64,000 bases of DNA from Leucoraja erinacea (Eukaryota), in NCBI RefSeq assembly GCF_028641065.1, contig NC_073415.1:8804001-8868000 (forward strand), in the 5' to 3' direction. Below the pieces are notes generated by a model, which searched no databases, was not told the origin of the DNA, and saw only the letters and a program-made list of their open reading frames with translations. The number at the start of each line of letters is the position of its first letter. The first letter of the stretch is position 1. This document shows positions 32,181-43,927 of the stretch, one piece after another. A program made the translations under genes and the position numbers.

Positions 32181-34711
32181 ATACAAGATGTCATATAAGA
32201 TGTTATCAGTACAGCTGCTCAGTTGAGAGGTGGGTTTTAGTAAGTATGAAAGGTGGAAATTGTATGATTTAAATGTTTAGAAAGAGAATTCAGGAATTTA
32301 GAAGCCAAGGATATGGTTGCCAATTCTGGGATGATTTAGTTGAGCCCAGAATTAGGGACACGATGATCTCAGTTGTGGGCTGGACGAGGTTCCAGTGACC
32401 ATTTGGAAATCACTGAAGCATTTGGAAAGCAGGATAAGAATGTATCCTGCTTTGCCTAACAGCATGTCAGTGTAAGTCAACAAACACCAGCACAATACAC
32501 TCTCCCAGACAATAGCTCGTCTTTTATTGGGATCTTAAATCTCTTGAATTCATCCGTCAGCTTTTCCTACCAGGACGTCTGAAAGACTAAGTTGAGTCTT
32601 GTGAATTACTTTTCATTTTCCAACTCGTTTCAGTCTTGGCTCTTTCCTACAATTTGAACTTTAATTCCTCAAACAGTTCTCCAAACAAAAGCTTTGAGAT
32701 GTCGACCAGCAGAGCAAATGGACAGTTTAAAAAAAAAAAAATCTGCTATTTATTATTGAGGAGCGCTCAATATTTTGTGCCTCAACATTTTGTGTTGGTT
32801 TTGAAAATTTGGTTTTAAACCTGGAAAAAATTGAGCTCCTTTTGCCTGGGTATTGTTATTTATGTGAAGAATTAATAACCCAGTACTGACTGTACCTGTG
32901 GTAGCGCATACAGTATTGGCACAAGCTTTACAACATATTGAAATAGGCAACTCTACACACCATAACAGTGTAATTTAGTATTTAATATCCTGGATAATGC
33001 CTTAAGTATGGTCCATTTAGAGAGAACAATAGTACTGTAATTCTCCTCTTGTCTACCAAAGGGCAGCGCTGTACCTACAGACGAATGGTGTGTGCACTGT
33101 TCAACTTAAAATCTTTGGAATGTACTCAGAGTAACTACTCAGAGTAACTAAGCTAATGCACGATTGTCCCAAACATCTTGTGGAACTCGTTACAGGAACA
33201 ATAAAGCCACAATGCAGTCCTTGAGGTAGTGGTTGCCATCTTGAATCCCGGCAGGCTTGTAATTTGATCTTGTAGCAGCTTTAAATACAACCTGAATGTA
33301 GGCCCAGCATTTGGATTAGTGGCAGATTGGGATCGTGTATTATTGGTACAGATGGTGGTCCTGTGACATTGCTGCTCTTAAGAACTTGAAATAGCAGCTG
33401 GAATAGGCATCCCTTGAGCCTAATTAGCTAGTCAGTAAAGTAGGAAGGAGCTGCGGATGCTGACACAAAATGCTGGAGTAACTCAGCGGGATAGACAGCA
33501 TATCTGGAGCGAAGGAATGGGTGACATTTCAGGTCAAGAACCTTCTCAGTCTGAAGAAGGGTCCAGACCCGAAACATCACCTTTTTCTTCTCGCCAGAGA
33601 TACTACCTGCCCCGCTGAGATACTCCAGCATTGTGTGTCTATCTTAGTATTTAATAAACTCAACTCTGCTCAGACGATAGTTTCAAGTCTACTGAATTTC
33701 CTATAATCCGCTCTGCTGTGGTTCACAAATCTTTCTCTTTCAGTCTTGACCAATTTCAGTGATTCATTCCCCTTACTTTCTGAGGTAGAGAATTCAGAAG
33801 ATTCACAATCCTTTGAGATCTTTCATCTTATCCTTTCATCTTATGGTTAGAACCGAGATGGCGACCTGATTTGTTCAGATTAGTTTATTTACTATCAGGT
33901 GTACCGAGGTACAGTGAAAAGCTTTTGTTGGGTGCTATACAGTCAGCAGAAAGACAATACATGATTGTATTAGTTGCTGCCTTAATGCAACCATGTGCAG
34001 TTCTGACCTTGATAGCCTCCTCTTCCTCTAGCAGCTGCTACTTACGGAGTGTATCATAGTACTCTTTGTTGCATGCTAACAAAACATTTGATGTATTTAT
34101 GACAGAGAATGGGTAAGACAGATGAAACCAGCGCTTAGTTTTCAGTGACGGTCTGGAGCAAGTGTATGTCGATACAATACAAAGTGAAATGTAAGCAGTT
34201 TGTTTTAAAACGGGGTTTCAAAGCTGGGAGAAAAATAATCAACATGCTAGAGTAACTCAGCAGGTTTAGCAGCATCTCTGGAGGATATGGTTAGGCAACG
34301 TTTCGGGTCAGCACCCTTTTTCATACTCTACTCTTCATAGACCGGCATCTGCAGTTCCCTGTCTACATTTAAGGCAGTGGAATGTAGCACAGAATTACTG
34401 AACAGAACATAGACTACGTCAGTATTTCATAACTAGTTAGACAGGTGATTGGACATGGATGACTGGAGATCAAGTCTGTTTCTATATCGCACATTTTGCA
34501 ATTCTCTGTCATAAACTTCAGAAGGTACTGTGATACACTCTGTAAGTAGCAGCATGCTGGAGGGAGAGGAAGCTACCAAGGTCAAAACTGCATGTGGTTG
34601 TATTAAGGCAGCAACTAATGGATCTATTTAAGGACATAACTTCATATTTTAAAATAGAACAATCCAGTGGTAGTTGCCGGAGTTTCTTTAAACAGCAGCC
34701 GCAATGTGGTG

Positions 34712-34990
34712 GTTTAGTTTAGAGATGCAGCATGAAAACAGGCCCTTAAGGCCACTGAGTCTGCGTCAACCAGCGATCACCCGTACACTAGTTCTATCCT
34801 ACGCACATGGGACAATTTTACAGAAACCAATTAACCTACAAACCTGCATGACTTTGGGATGTGAGAGGAAACCGGAGCACCTGGAGAAAACCTGGGCAGT
34901 CACAGAGAGACTGTACAGACAGCGCCTGAGGTCAGGATCGAACCTGGGACTCTGGCGCTGTGTGGCAGCAACACTACCACTGTGCTGCCC
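34712..34990 (-). mobile_element. HE1-like V-SINE
   Basis: Reverse-complement copy. Confidence 0.75.
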
Positions 34991-35305
34991 CTATTCATTT
35001 TCATTTCACTGCACATCTCGTATGTGTATGTGACGAATAAACTTGACTTGACTTAAAGTGTAGGTTTGTTTGGTAGATTTGTGTAATTCACTCAGCTGAG
35101 TCTTTAGCCTATTTTGTGTTCCTTTGGGTTATAGATCTGTTCCTTTGAATTTTGAAAATTACCAAACATTTGCTGGTTTTTAATTTTTTTGTGTAATTTT
35201 TTTCTCTTCCAGGATTTCCTTTGTGTAATTTAGATAGCCAGGGGGCAAATGAATCAATGCACTGCTCACCGATGCTGTGTCTTTTGACCATTAACTACGT
35301 GCCCA

Positions 35306-38300
35306 ATGAATTCCGTCTCACCTTCTGCCGTTCAGTACATCCAGAGCCAGGAAGATTTGACTCCCTCGGATTCTAAGAGGCGACTGCACCCAGCAGCCAG
35401 TGAGCGAGAGAACAACTGGAATGGCCAATATAACTTGCCAGAGAAACCACAACCCAACGAACCAGATGAAGTGGACAAGATTAAAGCTAAGTTTATGACA
35501 GCATGGAACAATGTCAAATATGGTGAGGGCACCTGGCGGAGAAGGAATTGTTTTCATACCTCCTATATATTGTTTCTCACTTTATTTCCCATTCAGCCCT
35601 GAATGTATTGTCTTGTGTTGGTTCCCAAACATCTTCCCCTTGCCTTTTTGCCTTGTGTTGTCAGCGCTTCAGTTATAAGGACTTGCCTTTAGTAACGGGC
35701 TGTACTAACCGATTTGTGTTTCTGCAGGTTGGGTGGTGAAAGGAAGAACAAATTTCAGCAAAACTTCCCCAATTTTTCTGCTGGGACGGTGCTACCAGTT
35801 TGAGTCAGAAGGTAACGCGTTCATTTCTGGGTCTGTGCACTTTTGAATGTTGCTAACCGTCAAGAACAAGTAATAACAAAACCATCTCTTTCCCCGCCAT
35901 CAGCTGATTCGCCACCAAGTCCAGAATCTGTTCACGAGGCAAGAGACAACCAAAATGCTCCTTCTCCCGTAGTCGAGCTGTTCAGGAAAGACTTCGGCTC
36001 TCGAATCTGGTTGACGTACCGTCGTGAATTTCCGCCGCTGGAGGGTTCAATTTGGACCACGGATTGTGGCTGGGGATGCATGTTACGCAGTGGACAGATG
36101 TTGCTCGCCCAAGGACTGCTTGTCCATCTGCTCTCTCGAAGTAAACTTTTCACTTTGTTTTAATTTTCACCCCTGATTGTAGTTCATCATAAGTGATAGG
36201 AGCAGCATTAGGCCATTCGGCCCATCAAGTCTACTCAGCCATTCAATCATGGCGGATCTATCTTTCCCTCCTAACCCCATTCTCCTGCCTTCTCCCCAAA
36301 ACCTCTGACACACGTACTAATCAAGTATCTATCTATCTTTGCCTTAAATATCTCCACTGACTTTGTCTCCACACCCTTCTGTGGTTAAGAGTTCAACTTG
36401 GATATTTTTAAGGCAGAGATAGATTTTTAATTGGTATGAGTGTCGGGGGTTATAGGGAGAAAGCCTGAGAATAGGGTCGAGAGGGAGAGATAGATCAGCA
36501 TTGATTGAATGGCGAAGTAGACTTGATGGGCCGAATAGTCTAATTCTGCTCCTATCACTTATGAACTAAATCTTCACCTGGTACTGAGGTTAGCAATAAA
36601 AATTCTGCAGTTCCCTGTCCTTAAACTAAAGTGGAGGAATCATTCCTGCTCCTGATCAGTGCCAATCCACTCCTGGTGAAAACGGGATCAGAGTTGAGTC
36701 ATACAGCATGAAAACAAGCTTTTCAGCCCAACAGGTCCAGGATGGCAAAGTTGCCCCATCTATGCTAGTCCCATATGCCTGCATTTGGCTCTTATCCCGC
36801 TAAACCTTTCCTATCCATGTTCCTGTCCAAATGTCTTTTAATGGGATCTTTTCCTACCACATATAACTGTGTGTTTGCGACTGTCTTTTCTCTAATGAAA
36901 AGTTGCCATTTTGGGGTATATTAGAGGATGGTGAGTGGCCGTGAATGTTTGTCATAATCTTTCTGTCCTCTGCCATCTACATTGGGAAAACCCGGAGTGA
37001 GCTTTTCACAAGGCATGTTACAGTCGACCAGACTGAGCAGTGCGTTCAGAAATCTTGAATGCTAATTATTTTGTTCCAGTTAAAATCTCCCAAAAACGCT
37101 TTAATATTTCCAATCTACATGTTCCATTTTGGCCTCTCTCATGTTGCTCAATCCTTCTTTAAATACTTACTTCTCCTACATCAAATGCATTCCCCTCCCC
37201 ACATTCCCCCTCTGCATAGTTAAGCAGCTTATTCGAGCTCAGTTCTGATGAAAAGTAATTGAATAGTTTGTCTCCATGGATTGAACTGCTGAGCATTTCA
37301 ATCATTTTCTGCTTTGACAGCATTGTAAACTTCCTATCTGTGATGAATTTATTTTCTATTATTGCTAGCCCTGGTTTTAAATGGCCGTCTTTCCTTTAGA
37401 CTGGACCTGGCCCGATGTGTTACTCTCTGTAGAGTCAGAGGCCGAAACCAGATCGCCATCCAGGTCCAACATCACAAACTGGTCAGCTTTCTCCGAAGTC
37501 CTCGGCTCGCAATTGGACAGAAGTAGAAGCCTCCATGCCCAAGGCTCCGCTGTCCCACAAGCACGTGCACGGACATTGAGACGGGCCAACGCTGACCCCA
37601 GAATGGACAAAGAGGAAATGGAGCATCGAAAAATCATTTCCTGGTTTGGTGACTACCCCAAGGCCCCATTTGGAGTACATCAGCTTGTAGAATACGGAAA
37701 GAGCTCTGGGAAGAAGGCCGGAGACTGGTATGGCCCATCCATTGTAGCGCATATAATCAAGTAAGTAAAGTTTGTGGAAGGGAAAGTTGTAACTGTATAG
37801 CACATTACCAATCAAAGTGTCCAAAGTAAAGCTACACTACTGCATGAAAGATGTGAGTGTGCTAGAGTAGTAAGAGAAGGTTCACCAGGATATTGCTTGG
37901 ATCAGGGCTTTTAGATTATAAGGAGTGAATAGATAGGATGGGTTTATTTTCCATAGAGCAGAGGAGGCTGAGGGGTGACATTGAGGTATACAAACCTGGA
38001 GGGATGAATGGGATAGATAGTAAGAATCTTATTCCTATGGTGGGGTTCTCCAAAACAAGAGGACACAGGTATAAGGGGTATGGGGATTTATAGGTGATCG
38101 GAGGGAGAGATTCCTTCACATTGAGAGTTGTTGGAATTTGGTTGTGGTTTATCTGGGGTGAATTACCTGATCTTGACTGTTAATCTAGTGGAATTAATTA
38201 ATTGGCTAGCGAGCAAATATTATCCAGAACTCGTTTCCCTTGAGTGTTCTTCAGTGATCGCAGCCAAACCTGCCACTGCATGTTCAGATTGGGGCTGCCA

Positions 38301-41300
38301 TGCTTCTCGCTATTGAATAGTTATCTGTGGCTCTGCCGTGTGTAGGAATGCCACATGGTTGAGATTCAGAAAGACCTTTGGAAACCATCAGATGGGCCTG
38401 AAGAAATATTGGGAAGCCAAGTTGGTTTGCAGTCATGCCTTCGTTGTCACATGCTGTCATGAAACTGGTTCTTCATTTTGTTTTTAGAAAAGCAGTGGAG
38501 CAAGCTGACGACTCTGAATCGCTGGGCATTGCTGTCTATGTAGCACAGGATTGTACAGGTGAACATGCACGCTGATTCTTCATACGTGTAAACATTGAGC
38601 GCTGCGCGACTTCTTACATGGTGAGACTAGAACTCTCTTTTAATTTGAGTTCACTGCAGGTAGAGGTACATTCATTTAATTTTAATGATATCACATTTTA
38701 TCAAGGTTTATAAAATACACAATTATAGTGTCAATATAAAAAAATTTGCTAGTGATAGAAGGCAGATGCAAGGAACTGCAGATGCTAGCATCAAAAATGG
38801 ATAAAGTGCTGGAGTACTCACTGGGTCATGCAATATTTCTAAAGTACATGGACAAGTTTTGGTTCGGCACCCTTCATTAATTGGGGGCTGGGTAGGTTTT
38901 GTGGGTTAGCAAGTGATAGATGGATACAGGAAACTGGAGAATGCGGTGCTGGCTCAAAGGGCCGAATAACCTCCTCCTGCACCTATTTTCTATGTTTCGG
39001 CACCTATTTCCGCATGGTAGTTTTCAAACCAATGATAAGAACATTGTATTTTCCAAATGGAATTAACACTGCTTGTCTTTGCATATTTGAAGTTACCATC
39101 TATTTCTTCTTCTGTGACAGTGTACACAGGTGATGTGGTGAATCTCTGTGAGATACAACTGAAGGGTAGAAAAGTTCCTGGTTTGGATTGGAAGTCTGTA
39201 ATTATCCTGGTGCCTGTTCGACTTGGAGGTGAAAGTCTCAACCCAGTGTACATGCAATGTGTAAAGGTAAACAGCGTGGTTAATATTAGATTATAAATGT
39301 TTTGAACAATTGTGTATGCGTAGCCTTCCCGCCCATCGGCTCTGATAGTCAGGTACACAAAAAAGCTGGAGAAACTCAGCGGGTGCAGCAGCATCTATGG
39401 AGCGAGGGAAATAGGCAACGTTTCGGGCCGAAACCCTTCTTCAGACGTTGAGCTGTAACTTATTCAGGCTCTGATAGTCATTTTGCTTTTCAAATGCTGT
39501 GTACATTAAGGTTTATCTCAAGTGCGCATTATTTTTTTCTGGATTTGGGTTGATACCATAGTTCTGAATAAATTCTTGTGTCCCTGACATGTGTCTGCTC
39601 TTCAGGCAATTTGTCTTGTTCCTTTTGATTCCATATCTTGTCACTTCCCTGTTGATGCATCTCAGTGTCCTTGTGGCTTTCCACAGAGATCTTGTGGAGG
39701 TGTACCAGGCATCTAATTATTGTGTGTTTGCAGGAAATCCTGAAGCTTGAATGTTGCCTTGGAATCATTGGTGGGAAACCAAAGCACTCGCTTTACTTCA
39801 TTGGATTTCAAGGTAATAATAATAATAATACATTTTATTTATGGGTGCCTTTCAAGAGTCTCAAGGACACCTTACAAAAATTTAGCAGGTAGAGGAAAAA
39901 CATGTAAGGGGAATGAAATAAATAGTAGAGACATCACTAGTACACAAAGAGCACTAGTAGGTACTCTTGTAGGTGTTGATGTTTAATGTAGTTAAGTTTA
40001 GTTTATTGTCACGTGTACTGAGGTACAGTGAAAAGCTTTCGTTGCGTGCTAACCAGTCAGCGGAAAGACAATACATGATTACAATCGAGCCATCCACAGT
40101 GTACAGATACATGATAAGGGAAGAAAGTTTAGTGCAAGGTAAAGCCAGTAAAGTCCGATCAAAGATAGTCCGAGGGTCTCCAATTGAGGTGGATAGGTGA
40201 ATTGAGGTGCTCTCATCTTATGTGTAAGAAAGAACTGCAGATGCTGGTTTTAATCGAAGGTAGACACAAAATGCTGGAGTAACTCAACGGGAATGGATGA
40301 TGTTTTGGGTTGAGACCCTTCTTCAGACTCAGTCACCCATTCCTTCTCTCCAGAGATGCTGCCTGTCCCGCTGAGTTACTTCAGCATTTTGTGTCTGCCT
40401 GCTCTCATCTTATTTGTTCTTTACCTGACTGGGAAGGGACAATGATTTGTGTGGGGCTCAGGACCAGGGGAATAGTTGTGGAAGTAACAGCAGCATCTGC
40501 ATCACTGGCAAACATGCAGATGCTGGGAGGGAATGTAGTAAGTTTGCATTACACAAATGAAAAACACTTGGAGCATTCAATTCTCCATTGAAGCTAGCAA
40601 TGATGGTGAAGGAGTTCATCCATGCGGTCTTTAAATCTTCGCCATTGCATCTCCACTGTCAACCCTTCAAGTACAATTGCCAGTCTATCCCAGCCAATTC
40701 CCGTCTCATACCTTCATTACTTTACAGATGATTTCCTGCTGTATTTGGACCCTCACTACTGCCAGCCGGTTGTGGATGTAACTAAATACAACTTCCTGCT
40801 GGAGGTAAGCAATGCTTGGCTGCTGCTGCAGGACGGGGCCCATGCCTGCTGCTCACCTGGTTTCCATTAGCCAAGCAGTTGCTGAGATATTTATGTGTTG
40901 GGAGGTTTATTTGTTGGCTTAAACTGAAGACAGACGCAAAAAGCTGGAGTAACTCGGGTCAGGCAGCATCTCTGGAGAAAAGGAATAAATGGCATTTTAA
41001 ATTGAGACCCTTCAGACTGCAAGTCAGGGGAAAGGGGAATGAGAGATATAGACGGTATTCGGGACAAATGAATGTTGTGGAGCAGGAGGAAGAAGGGCCT
41101 CGACCTGAAACCTATTCCTTTTCTCCAGAGATACTGCCCGACTTCTGAGTTACTCCAGCATTATGTCGGGTTAATACTGAGTCAGATAGACTGAATCACG
41201 ACAGCAGTATTAAGCTGTCTTTTGGCATTGGAAGGGTGTTTTTCATTTCCTGGCCTATTAGCAAAGCTATTTTGTGGCATTTATGGGTGTGCTATTTTAA

Positions 41301-43106
41301 AAATAGCGGGTTTTTTGTTTATTACAAATAAAACAAGTACATTATTAGAGAGAAAATTGAATCTTGTTAATTACACAGTGCACCAGAGTTGGTGCAGAGG
41401 AATGGAAAGTTGTTGGTGCACAATGGTGCTTGCTGTTTGACAATGACATTTTATATTGTAACATAGTTTGATATTTGGGTCAGGTTTTTTTCAGGCAGGG
41501 TAGCGAGCTTACTACTTTATTTAACCTTTACATAGTGTGCTATTTAAGAGAAGTTATGTTTCTCAAAGCTTCCTTAAATGTTAATTGGTGATGTGCTTCG
41601 AGGCATTTAGTTCAGTTTGGTTTATTGTCACGTGTACAGTGAAATGGTTTTGTTGCGTGCTAACCAGTCAGCGGAAAGACAATACATGATTACAATCGAG
41701 CCATTTACAGTGTATAGATACATGATCAGGGAAGAAAGTTTAGTGCAAGGTAAAGCCAGCAAAGTCCTATCAAGGATAGTCAGAGGGTCGCCAATGAGGT
41801 AGATAGTAGTTCAGCACTGCTGTCTGGTTGTGGTAGGATGGTTCAGTTCCCTGATAACAGCCGGGAAGAAACTGATGGTGTGTGTTTTCACACTTCTATA
41901 CCTTTTGCCTGATGGGAGAGGGGAGAAGAGGAAGTGGCCAGGGTGTAACTCGTCCTTGATTATGCTGCTGGCCTTGCCGAGGCAGCGTGAGGTATAAATG
42001 GAGTCAATGGAAAGGAGGTTGGTTTATGTAATGGTCTGGGCTGCGTCCTCAATTCTTGCGGTCTTGGATGGAGCTGTTCCCTGTGATGCATCCCGATAAT
42101 TGCCTTCAATGGTGCTCCCTTAATACAAGGTAATGTGCAACATTGCAAACTGTTCATTAATTGTTGATCTTGTTCCACAGTCATTTCACTGCATCTCTCC
42201 AAGAAAGCTGTCCTTCAGTAAGATGGATCCCAGCTGTACCATCGGATTCTATGCCAAGACGAGGGAGGATTTTGAAAATTTGTGTGAAAATGTTTCAAAG
42301 GTAAGTAAGTAATTGCTGCAATATCTTGTATTAGTATCTAAAGATGTATCTAGGGGAGTGTAACTGGTCAGATATCGCAGCAGTAAGTGGAGTCGTTAGC
42401 TTTAAGTCACTTTTTGTTACCTTCCGATTACCAATAGCTTAGAGATGTGTTCAGGCTTTTGAACCCGTGGTGTTTAAGCCTGTTGCTGCACCAGATCAGT
42501 TTTGACCAAAGGAAAGGCACCCTTAATGTTATATAGCGGGTGCTGACCTTCTGGCAAGCAGTCCTAGGCACTTGATAAGGCTTCACTTGCAGGGCTATTC
42601 GAGAATGGCAGAGTTCTCTTGGTTGGGAGAGGTCAGGAAAATGTTGGTAGAAAGCCATGGATGTTGTTGAAGGAGCTACATTGGACTGGATTGGAAAACA
42701 GTGGGTGTTTCAGGATTTTTTTTTTGTTGAATTGCTGTTAAAAACACAAAGTACTTGTGCTGTAACAGCAGGATAAGTGCTCAACTAAGTAAACCAAGCC
42801 CAATGCCTAAGTCGTATCTAAACTACCCGTTCATAACAATTGCATCTGTGACATTGAAAACTCAGAAACAATTTACAGACAATTCAAATTCAATTTAATA
42901 AGAATGGTTTCTCTGTCCTTCAGGTGTTGTGTTCCTCGTCTTTGAGAGAGAAGTACCCTATTTTCACCTTTGCAGAGGGCTGTGCTCAGGATTACGGTCT
43001 GGATGAACTCTGCACTCACAAACCGGATACTACTGTGCAAATCTCCAATTCTGAAAGACTAGGGAAGTCAAAGCAGAACAGCACTGACGAGTTTGTTTTC
43101 CTCTAA
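35306..43106 (+). CDS. ATG4D: Cysteine protease ATG4D (autophagin-4), 524 aa, or 501 aa with the downstream acceptor
   Basis: Coding exons 35306-35522 (exon acceptor 35213), 35728-35811, 35904 (or 35973)-36140, 37400-37760, 38488-38558, 39121-39266, 39734-39812, 40728-40804, 42181-42300, 42924-43106. They encode MNSVSP, the EPDEVDK caspase-3 site, catalytic [10 protein letters not shown] (Cys codon 36077), [17 protein letters not shown] (Asp/His) and the C-terminal LIR DEFVFL*. Confidence 0.96.
36186..36566. mobile_element. Two CR1 3' ends in inverted orientation forming a ~380-bp imperfect palindrome in an ATG4D intron
   Basis: cataagtgataggagcagcattagg... is mirrored by ...ctaattctgctcctatcacttatg. 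Confidence 0.8.
39352..39466 (-). mobile_element. Penelope-derived family B solo unit with 14-bp TSD
   Basis: GGCTCTGATAGTCA at 39338-39351 and 39467-39480; intact core on the minus strand at 39444-39417. Confidence 0.85.
41615..42095 (-). mobile_element. Rex1/Babar-type LINE 3' fragment (related tails at 33880-33965, 39995-40200, 58060-58300)
   Basis: Shared tail tttattgtcacgtgta..gtacagtgaaa..gctaaccagtcagcggaaagacaatacatgattac and a minus-strand [18 protein letters not shown] motif. Confidence 0.7.
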
Positions 43107-43662
43107 CGAACAATGGACTTGCAATTAAATATCTGTGCCTGCTGCCTTTCAGCAGGGAACAAACTTGGGAACCTCTCTGAATGTTCTGATATTTATATTC
43201 TGTTGTCTTTCCATAATGACTTGGAGTCACAGCAATCATCAACCTTTCTGGGTAACTTTTACTCCGACACTCGTATAACTCTTCCTAAGAATGATCTTGT
43301 TGCCTTTTCGTTCCCTTTTATAATAGTGCTGACATTCTGTGTGTTGATCGTGGGTCTGCTTGATGCAGGTCCTCTGAGGCATTGGCAATTTCAGACTGGC
43401 TGATATTGAAACGGGTTGTGCAACAAGTTGATGCAGATGTAGCTGAGATGCTGGCACTGGGATTTGCCCAATCCTTAACCTATAATGATCTAAATTATTG
43501 AGCAATGGAAGGATTCTGTTTCATAGGATGGACTGGAATGGTTGTTGAATCTGATACTCTTCCATTGGTGTATTTGCAATCCATTCTGCTTGAATTATAG
43601 TTGAGGCCTGGCTTCCACGGGTCAGGAGCACCGAGGACGATTAACTGGTCCCATTATTCCTC

Positions 43663-43927
43663 TGAAGATAGACACAAAATGCTGGAGTAACTCAGCAGGA
43701 CAGGCAGCATCTCTGGAGAGAAGGATTGGTGACGTTTTGGGTCGAGACCCTTCTTCAGACTGAAGGAATGGGTGACGTTTCGGGTCAAGATCCCTCTTCA
43801 GACTGAAGAAGGGACTCGACCCGAAACGTCACCCATTCCTTCTCTCCAGAGATGCTGCCTGTCCCGCTGAATTACTCCAGCATTTTGTGTCTATCTTCAT
43901 TGTAAACCAACATCTGCAGTTCCTACC
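43663..43927. mobile_element. Penelope-derived foldback element with three hammerhead-like cores, in the probable ATG4D 3' UTR
   Basis: Near-perfect inverted arms spanning 43663-43899; cores at 43731-43758(-), 43774-43801(-) and 43803-43830(+). Confidence 0.85.
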
